The position numbers and the translations under genes were made by a program. 64,000 nucleotides of DNA from a virus. Its lineage: Duplodnaviria > Caudoviricetes. The DNA lies in IMG/VR virus record IMGVR_UViG_3300029955_000001; one strand, 5' to 3'. The notes below the pieces were generated by a model. It worked only from the letters and a program-made list of their open reading frames with translations, searched no databases and had not been told where the DNA came from. Below, in pieces: positions 57,339 to 64,000 of the stretch. Position 1 is the stretch's first letter; each line of letters begins with the position of its first letter.

Positions 57339-57389
57339 CACTTCTTCTTTTGACCTTGTTCTTTACAAGGTGTTCTCTCTAACATGTCT

Positions 57390-58130
57390 TTAAACTGCTG
57401 TTAAGATGTGTTCAGCCTTTACTAGGTCGAATTCGTTATCGGTACGAATACCTGACTCCATATCAATCCACCAACGAAAATCAATATCGTCATCTTTATC
57501 GCCAATCATTGTTTCTATATTCTGCATAACAGTAACGATATTGTCTGGATTTATTCCGCCAGCAAAACCACATGAAACATCTTTATACTCAGATAATAAA
57601 CTTTTAACTTTCTCTGGGATACTCCATATTTCTGGTACAGTGCCACGACCTCTTGATTCATCTAACAGAATACCGACTCTCATCATGTCGTATTTATCTA
57701 AACAACTAATGAAGTGTAGTATATTCTCTGCTGTATTTTCATTATATTGCAAGATAATATCTGGACCTAAATCTAGTGATCTTTCATATACTTCTAATAC
57801 TTCTTTATCTGTAAATTCAATCTTACGGGCATTGATATTTAATTGAATTCTATCAGCCAAACTAATAAATTTAGGTAGCGTATTGTCTAACAATTCATTA
57901 AATGCTAAACTACCACAAAGATGTATTGCTGAAAATTTCCATTTAATACGATTTGATTCAAAGAAAGAACTATACCACGCTTTCGATGGATTACGTGGTG
58001 ACCCTAATTTATGTGGAACATAGAGAATTCCCCATTCTACAAATAGGAATTCTCTAGAAAGTTCTGATAATACAGAAACATCTATCCTATCGTCTACACC
58101 AGTTAATGAAACACGATTAATAATGCTCAT
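57390..58130 (-). CDS. TrpF/PRA-isomerase-like TIM-barrel protein
   Basis: LTGVDD, VEWGIL, HLCG, LLDESRGRG, GFAGGINPDNI, WIDMESGIRTDNEFDL. Confidence 0.7.
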   Translation of the reverse strand: MSIINRVSLTGVDDRIDVSVLSELSREFLFVEWGILYVPHKLGSPRNPSKAWYSSFFESNRIKWKFSAIHLCGSLAFNELLDNTLPKFISLADRIQLNINARKIEFTDKEVLEVYERSLDLGPDIILQYNENTAENILHFISCLDKYDMMRVGILLDESRGRGTVPEIWSIPEKVKSLLSEYKDVSCGFAGGINPDNIVTVMQNIETMIGDKDDDIDFRWWIDMESGIRTDNEFDLVKAEHILTAV

Positions 58131-58150
58131 GATATTTCTCCATTGATTAA

Positions 58151-58573
58151 CTAAATGTTTGCAGGTGGAATTACGTATTGATTTTGTTTTAATGAGCCAT
58201 TTGCTATTTCAGAGAATTTCATAATAACAAACATACGACATTCTTCTTGTGTTTCTATAACAAGGTCTATTATTTGATCATCAAATTTCATTATTTCGTC
58301 GTTACTTAAACATAATGATCGTTGTAGTGCATTTAATTGTCTATTAAAAACTGTGTTAGCTTTCTCCCATTCTTCAGATTGCTGGGCATCTTCATCGTCT
58401 TTTTGTAAACGAAGCATTGAGAGCGCTTGTGCGGCAATATTTCTTACTTCTATTTCATTTGGTTTTTTATCAGAGCCTAATAAAATAGCTATTAGTCCTT
58501 TTGTTAAAAAATCAATAAAGTGTTTAAATACTTCTTCTTGATCTTGTTTATATATAGCATCTTCATTGCTCAT
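58151..58573 (-). CDS. Hypothetical protein
   Basis: AGGAG SD. Confidence 0.6.
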   Translation of the reverse strand: MSNEDAIYKQDQEEVFKHFIDFLTKGLIAILLGSDKKPNEIEVRNIAAQALSMLRLQKDDEDAQQSEEWEKANTVFNRQLNALQRSLCLSNDEIMKFDDQIIDLVIETQEECRMFVIMKFSEIANGSLKQNQYVIPPANI

Positions 58574-58615
58574 GATACTCTCCTTTATAAATTAATTAGA
58601 AACTCATCTGCTTTC

Positions 58616-59038
58616 TCAATAGCGTTCCATGCGACTATCTAATCCGAATATTTTAATATTGTACGTGTGTCGTTCGTGGTTAAAGATACGATGGACATGA
58701 ATCATGAAGTATCCGATGGTGGGGTGTAGGTCTATAGATAGCCCAGATAGCTCGCTAGGCTCGATATGTTGTATATGGAGTAGACGTGCTAGGTCTGGTG
58801 CTAAGGCGGCATAGGCAGGCTCTAATACCGCTCTTAAGTCAGATGGTGTAGGTGGTGTTGAAGAAGAACTTGTATAAATTAACAATAATGTCAAATCAGA
58901 TATATATTTTAAAATGATTTTACAAAGTTCTGGTGCAACTGTGACCCTAAATGACTTAGCTCGATGAATTTTTAGTTTAGTGTATTCCATCATTTTTCCT
59001 ATATTAATCAAAAAAGTTTGTTTCACCTGAGAAGGCAA
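58616..59038 (-). CDS. Hypothetical protein (start uncertain)
   Basis: Co-directional ORF. Confidence 0.5.
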   Translation of the reverse strand: MPSQVKQTFLINIGKMMEYTKLKIHRAKSFRVTVAPELCKIILKYISDLTLLLIYTSSSSTPPTPSDLRAVLEPAYAALAPDLARLLHIQHIEPSELSGLSIDLHPTIGYFMIHVHRIFNHERHTYNIKIFGLDSRMERY

Positions 59039-59276
59039 TCATTTCATCTTTAGTAATTTTGAATTCATCAAAGTCATAGATAGTAGCAGGGTTACATAAG
59101 TCAGGATGTTTAGCGTTGATTAAGGCAGCAGCTTCTTCTAGTGAGTTGGCAAATAATAGAACGCCTCCTTCAAAGCCAGCATCGTACCTGTATGCTTTTA
59201 ATTCAGCCGCTTCTAATTCAGATCTTAAGATTGCGTCTGTGTCTGGATGGTCACCTGCTTTATTTGGAAACGTCAT
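59004..59276 (-). CDS. Hypothetical protein
   Basis: AGGAG SD; FPxxAxDHxDTDxxxxxEL start like 56783 ORF. Confidence 0.55.
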   Translation of the reverse strand: MTFPNKAGDHPDTDAILRSELEAAELKAYRYDAGFEGGVLLFANSLEEAAALINAKHPDLCNPATIYDFDEFKITKDEMIAFSGETNFFD

Positions 59277-59329
59277 TTTACTTCTCCTTTTTCATTTTAT
59301 CGCAAACAAATAATGTTCACTTACCTTTA

Positions 59330-59590
59330 TTATTTTAACCAAGTTAAATTCATTGGAAGACAGGATATGTTCTCTCGACTTGTAATATAGCATACGACTC
59401 CAGCCTGATGATCTATGAGCCGTACTATTTCACCATTTGCTTGTCTTACCGTAATAATAAGACGTGCGCTATCAGTGGCTTCAGCACGTTCAGTATCAGG
59501 AGATGGAGATTTATTTGTATCTTGACTATTAGATGATTGAGTACATCCTAGTAAAAATACACAGATAATTATTAGTTTTATAAATTTCAT
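59330..59590 (-). CDS. Small lipoprotein
   Basis: LLGC lipobox. Confidence 0.65.
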   Translation of the reverse strand: MKFIKLIIICVFLLGCTQSSNSQDTNKSPSPDTERAEATDSARLIITVRQANGEIVRLIDHQAGVVCYITSRENISCLPMNLTWLK

Positions 59591-59602
59591 TTTACTTTTC
59601 CT

Positions 59603-60574
59603 TTATATTGCGATTTGCACATTACTAGGCACAGTAACCAACCCGTTACATGGGACATAGATATTATTGCGGTTAGCTTCCCATTCATCTGGTGTGCATT
59701 GTCGTGGGTTATATTCGTGCGACGGTGCCTGTATTTCATTTACTCGTAACTTCTTTTCCAAATACGGATTAGCTAATGCAAGATTCTTCCTTAATTCAAT
59801 ATCGCTCGTAAGTAAATTGAAATTAGCTTTACTCAGTATCATTTCTTCGTCACCTGTTTTAACGAATAACGCTAACGCAAAGACTTGGTCCAAAAGTGGG
59901 GTATCCTCTAGATAAACACAAAGATTAGCCACATGTATATCTGTCTTTGTATACAGTTCCAGTTTATAAGGTGTGCTAAAACCAGTACTTTCTGTAGCTC
60001 GTAAAAGATTACCGTTATATTTAGTTAAGACGAACTTAAACAATGAATCTGGATGACTCACTTCAATCTCATTGCCACCTAGGAATATTTTAATATCGTC
60101 TTCCATTCCAAAGTTAGAAATCAACTTCATCGCTCTCTTTATGGAGCTTCGTATAGATTTCTTAATGAGAGGGCCTCGTTTTACTTTAGGAGGAACCCAC
60201 TCAGGTGTGACAATATAACACGATACATTTGTATTTATTACAGTTTGACGCAAACCATTTGTGTTAAATATTAAACCGTATCGTTCAGAACCAGGGCAAT
60301 TTATATAAAGCGTAGGCATAGAACCAGTAAGATTTAAACTAGTTCCGCTATACAACATTCCAGTTGATGCAATAGCGGTAGATGTAAACGCAACCACATT
60401 ACTCTGAGTTTGCAAATTGGTATTCGCAAAAGTACTATAGTCAGAATACTGAATCACCTGAATGTTTTGGTCATTCGATAACACGGTGATCCAGCCTGTA
60501 TCAGCAGGAAGAATATTTTCACCTGGTACAGAAACATCAACGTTATTGTTGTGTAAAACTAAACCAGTAGTCAT
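59603..60574 (-). CDS. Hypothetical protein
   Basis: AGGAG SD, 323 aa. Confidence 0.65.
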   Translation of the reverse strand: MTTGLVLHNNNVDVSVPGENILPADTGWITVLSNDQNIQVIQYSDYSTFANTNLQTQSNVVAFTSTAIASTGMLYSGTSLNLTGSMPTLYINCPGSERYGLIFNTNGLRQTVINTNVSCYIVTPEWVPPKVKRGPLIKKSIRSSIKRAMKLISNFGMEDDIKIFLGGNEIEVSHPDSLFKFVLTKYNGNLLRATESTGFSTPYKLELYTKTDIHVANLCVYLEDTPLLDQVFALALFVKTGDEEMILSKANFNLLTSDIELRKNLALANPYLEKKLRVNEIQAPSHEYNPRQCTPDEWEANRNNIYVPCNGLVTVPSNVQIAI

Positions 60575-60589
60575 ATCGCTCTCCTTTTA

Positions 60590-61144
60590 TTAACCACCGT
60601 GTATGCGACGAACACCTAATGAGTGGTTATCGACTACTTCTTCGGCGGTCTTTGCTGTTCTGCTAGATTCGAAACTTCGTTTCTCTTTATGCTTTCTTAC
60701 GTCGACAACTTTATCACGCGCAAGAGTAGCAATGTCAATATCGTCCATGTCTGTACATATTTTCTCGAACTGCTCGTCTTTGATGATAATCTCTTTAGCA
60801 GATTCAATATTCTTTTCAGTTAACTTTACTCTACGAGAAAAACTAGCTGAACCTAATGACATTTTCTTCATAATAAAGAAAGTATAACCATCTGCCATCT
60901 TCTTACGAATAAGAGCAAGAACTTTTTCACGATTGCGTTCATGCCATGCAATTGTGATATCCCCCAGTTTACAGAGCATTGTGAGTGATCCTAGATATTC
61001 TTCTTCCTCTCCTTCTAATTTAGTCATTGGATATAGTGCAGTTGTAACCGCGCACCATTCTTCACCTGTCTTTTCTAGTATGTCGGTATATACAGGACTA
61101 ATTGTGTTTTTCATAATGTTTTCCTTTTTGTTCAGTAAAACCAA
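60590..61144 (-). CDS. Hypothetical protein (likely start ~61114)
   Basis: LCKLGDITIAW...GYTFFI...RRIHGG. Confidence 0.6.
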   Translation of the reverse strand: MVLLNKKENIMKNTISPVYTDILEKTGEEWCAVTTALYPMTKLEGEEEEYLGSLTMLCKLGDITIAWHERNREKVLALIRKKMADGYTFFIMKKMSLGSASFSRRVKLTEKNIESAKEIIIKDEQFEKICTDMDDIDIATLARDKVVDVRKHKEKRSFESSRTAKTAEEVVDNHSLGVRRIHGG

Positions 61145-61358
61145 AACGAGACATTTCAGCTTTTGTTACTGTGGCAGTCTCAATACTCACTACGTTGTTC
61201 GTGCCAACATTACCTTTAAAGAACCCGCGACAACGAACACATTGTAGTGAGCCGAATTCTCTATAGCCAATATTAAATAATTGACTGACAGTATGTCCAG
61301 ATTCACCTGAGCAATCTGGACATTTTACATAGGTTTTTGTATAGAGTTCAGCAAGCAT
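61098..61358 (-). CDS. Small zinc-finger protein
   Basis: CPDC...CVRC. Confidence 0.55.
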   Translation of the reverse strand: MLAELYTKTYVKCPDCSGESGHTVSQLFNIGYREFGSLQCVRCRGFFKGNVGTNNVVSIETATVTKAEMSRFGFTEQKGKHYEKHN

Positions 61359-61371
61359 TTCATTTCCTTTA

Positions 61372-61800
61372 TTACAACCAACGAATAGCTGAATAGTTGA
61401 TGATTAAGTGAATGATATTGTCGCAGATAATTAACAACCATACAGCTAACCAATCAGGGGTACAGTTCGGATATCCTGTCTTAGAACAATCTTTCCATTT
61501 AAGTGTTGGCTCGTTAATCCAGTTCTTTGCAAATACAAGATATTTAGCTAAACTATAATGGTCAATAATTGCGTGTGAAATACAAATGACAATAATTGCA
61601 TTGCGTGATATACCAAGAAACATAAAAGGGATTGCGTAAACAATAGCGTGAAAATAAGCAGCAAACACGCCTCTAATAGAGCCTTCTACTTTCTTATTTG
61701 CCATCCAACTGGTTTGTGTTATGTAATCGCCAATCAGATGCAATAATAGTTGTTCATACATTATGTTTCCTTTACTTAATACGTGTAACGAGTTCAGCAT
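61372..61800 (-). CDS. DUF3307-like membrane protein
   Basis: LLHLIGDYITQTSWMA...HAIIDH...DNIIH. Confidence 0.75.
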   Translation of the reverse strand: MLNSLHVLSKGNIMYEQLLLHLIGDYITQTSWMANKKVEGSIRGVFAAYFHAIVYAIPFMFLGISRNAIIVICISHAIIDHYSLAKYLVFAKNWINEPTLKWKDCSKTGYPNCTPDWLAVWLLIICDNIIHLIINYSAIRWL

Positions 61801-62083
61801 CGAATAAATAAGCTAGCCATGTAGTCAACGCTGTAACGTAATCGTGTTGGTTACTACCGTTATGGCTAATATGAAATACTAGAGGGCTACATTCATCAAA
61901 TGTTAACCACCAGCTACTATCTCTGGTAAGTATATAAGTGTTACCGTCGCCTACATCAAGTTCGAGTTTAGGTAAACCCTCAATAACGCCAACATTGATA
62001 GTGCGCGAAACAGTCTGTGCGATTATCAGTCTATCTATAGCACCAATAGCATCTGTTATTCTAATGCAAACTAAAGATGACAT
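61772..62083 (-). CDS. Hypothetical protein
   Basis: AGGAG SD. Confidence 0.55.
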   Translation of the reverse strand: MSSLVCIRITDAIGAIDRLIIAQTVSRTINVGVIEGLPKLELDVGDGNTYILTRDSSWWLTFDECSPLVFHISHNGSNQHDYVTALTTWLAYLFDAELVTRIK

Positions 62084-62098
62084 TTTTATTCTCCTGAG

Positions 62099-62797
62099 TT
62101 AACTGCATGTAGTTTCTTTATCTTCTACAAGAAGTAATTGTTTCAAATTTTTCAGTGGTCGTTTTATCTGAGCTTTAGCGTTATAGAGAATAAGACATGC
62201 CGGACACGCACCACACGGTTTAGTAATGTTGTTATCTTTCACTGGTAATTCACACACCCATGTTTTCAAAAGAAGATTTTTCGGTAAAGCTCTTAGAACA
62301 TCAGTTTTCCTAAAACCCTTTTCAATTAATGGGAAACGTAAAGGAATTACAGGTTTATTACCATTAACCAATTTCCATATTTGTTTCCAAAGCTTTTTAA
62401 TTGTATCGAGTTTTATCGTAATGTCATCTCCAAGAATATACCCAATCTGCACTTCTGATACACGGTATGGATCAGCTATGTATACCGCTCCGATGATCCA
62501 CGGTAAAGTTTGTCTGAACTCCATGAAACTACCATAAGTTCCATTGAGTTCACGTAACTCTTTTATACCGTGATCGGTTAGTACTAAATGTTCCCCTTGT
62601 TTTAACAATATCTTAAATATCTCAGAACGTGCTTTTAATTCCATCTGAACTTTTTCTTCATGCTGACAACAATCTACATAGAGCGTATATACATCTGACT
62701 TTTGTAAAGCATTCATCAACATAAGAGTGGAATCATTTCCGCCAGAGAATAACAATAGCGGTAGTTTTCCATCAGAGGATATTTTATTCTTTTTCAC
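62099..62797 (-). CDS. QueC-like PP-loop ATP pyrophosphatase
   Basis: LLFSGGNDST PP-loop; TWVCE...PCGACPAC zinc motif. Confidence 0.75.
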   Translation of the reverse strand: MKKNKISSDGKLPLLLFSGGNDSTLMLMNALQKSDVYTLYVDCCQHEEKVQMELKARSEIFKILLKQGEHLVLTDHGIKELRELNGTYGSFMEFRQTLPWIIGAVYIADPYRVSEVQIGYILGDDITIKLDTIKKLWKQIWKLVNGNKPVIPLRFPLIEKGFRKTDVLRALPKNLLLKTWVCELPVKDNNITKPCGACPACLILYNAKAQIKRPLKNLKQLLLVEDKETTCS

Positions 62798-63104
62798 TGA
62801 AACTCCTTATTTTCAATTGGTATTTTATACCATGATTTTCAATTTTGCGGCATAAGCGCCACGTTAAATTAAGATCTATTACGTTTCTTAGAACGTCTAG
62901 CAATCTTTGCTAAACTCTTACGAGTTTCTTGCGAACGATGTGTTTTGTTATTGCCGTAGCGAATACGTCTATCACTATCGCTTTAACAACCTGTATCTTG
63001 ACACGGTTCTGCCTCGCGACGCGTGTCTTCATCAACCATTTCTTGAGTCATGACAGGCACCTCTCGTATTAAAGGAATCGTAGTTTGGTTTTCCATTATA
63101 CATT

Positions 63105-63480
63105 ATCCGTATTCTTTACTTCGCGAACAATACGATCTTCTGTACGTTGTTTAAGCCAACTTAAAGCATCTTCTATACACGACATTGCTTTCATGTTTTC
63201 CGTACAATTAAATGGACCAGTTTGAAAACCATATAGACGATAGTAAACAACAGCTAATAGACTTTCTAACGTTACGCCGGTATACCCACAATCTAATGGG
63301 TTACCATTTTGAAACGAAATGCTTAATAGCTGTTCCGTTGCGTTTATGCCGTTGACACAATTATCTAGTACTATGCTATAAACATTATTTGCATTTGTTT
63401 TACTTTTTCGTCACAAGCATAAACTCTTAAGTTTGTGGTTTCGCCTTCTGCTATATGAATATCAATTTCTCGTAACGGCA
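63105..63480 (-). pseudogene. Frameshifted conserved small phage protein
   Basis: ISFQNGNP..GYTGVTLESLL..YRLYGFQTGPFNCTEN..A..IEDALSWLKQRT in a frame different from the SD-preceded ATG. Confidence 0.5.
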
Positions 63481-63510
63481 TGATTTTATCCTTAGTAAAT
63501 TAAAATGAGA

Positions 63511-63590
63511 TGGCCTGTCAGGAGGGACTCGAACCCCCATTGATCCGCTTACTCGGCTGCAGTTTAGAAGACTGTTGAGATACTGACAGG
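63511..63590 (-). tRNA. Aberrant tRNA-Arg(UCU)-like RNA lacking a D arm
   Basis: CCTGTCAG/CTGACAGG-CCA, CAGT-CT-TCT-AA-ACTG, GGGGGTTCGAGTCCCTC; only TATCTCA where the D arm should be. Confidence 0.6.
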
Positions 63591-63597
63591 TTGAAAC

Positions 63598-63849
63598 TTA
63601 AACTTGTGCTTCTAACAATTGGCTAGATGCCGCGTCAATTGTGGACTGAGTTGTATCAGCTAGAACAACATATGGGACTACGCCATTAATACGCGCAATG
63701 GCTATGTTTGCATCAGCTTGGGTTGCGTAATTAATAACAAATACATCTGAACTAACCCCAATCTCGTACAGTGTCATATTTTCTTTTGAATTGAGATAAA
63801 CCATATTCCAATTCAACGAATTCATCAAAAACAGTAAATAGACATTCAT
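63598..63849 (-). CDS. Hypothetical protein
   Basis: First ORF downstream of AATATATCAC promoter-like motif at 63870. Confidence 0.55.
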   Translation of the reverse strand: MNVYLLFLMNSLNWNMVYLNSKENMTLYEIGVSSDVFVINYATQADANIAIARINGVVPYVVLADTTQSTIDAASSQLLEAQV

Positions 63850-64000
63850 GGCAAAGCCCTTCTCGTAACAGTGATATATTAGTGAAAAATTTTAAGATAG
63901 ACAATATGTCTCTGTACTATAGAGCCGTCTTGTTTATTTTAACTGAGCAAATAAAAAAAAATTAGATTTCTTTATCTATAAAATTAAAGCATACAGTACT

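Noticed and set aside
11955-63480. Programmed frameshifting or stop-codon recoding to explain broken ORFs (12105, ~30520, 39400, 44190/44335, ~62985, ~63380)
   Set aside because: Breaks fall at homopolymer/dinucleotide runs or at TAA, which is also the normal stop here. Assembly error or ordinary decay is simpler; needs read inspection.

Overview
Segment of an AT-rich, phiKZ-like jumbo phage genome. 1-14.7 kb is the conserved core block: N-terminus of the non-virion RNA polymerase beta subunit (gp123-like, runs off the left edge), gp122-like gene, major capsid protein, gp119-like gene, DnaB-like helicase, protease-processed head proteins and an SF2 helicase. 14.7-45.4 kb and 56.3-64 kb are mostly minus-strand accessory genes: Thg1, DNA ligase, dCTP deaminase, HAD phosphatase, DEDD exonuclease, GT9 glycosyltransferase, TrpF-like, QueC-like, paralog families, and TnpB/IscB remnants. 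The most notable part is an ~11 kb RNA island at 45.5-56.3 kb that the ORF track misses. It contains: (1) a 54-unit, 36-bp-period array of alternating 9-nt repeats and 9-nt variable spacers, matching TIGR architecture, with no Tas/Nop gene in the window; (2) a Ro60/TROVE gene followed by 13 Y-RNA-like modules with a shared binding stem and different cargo domains; (3) a circularly permuted two-piece tmRNA (tag ASNDSTYDQRLAA) with a group I intron in its T-loop; (4) a tRNA-Leu(UAA) split by a 601-nt group I intron; (5) ordinary and aberrant tRNAs; (6) a stretch with collinear similarity to the 16S rRNA head domain. All calls were made by eye; no databases were searched.
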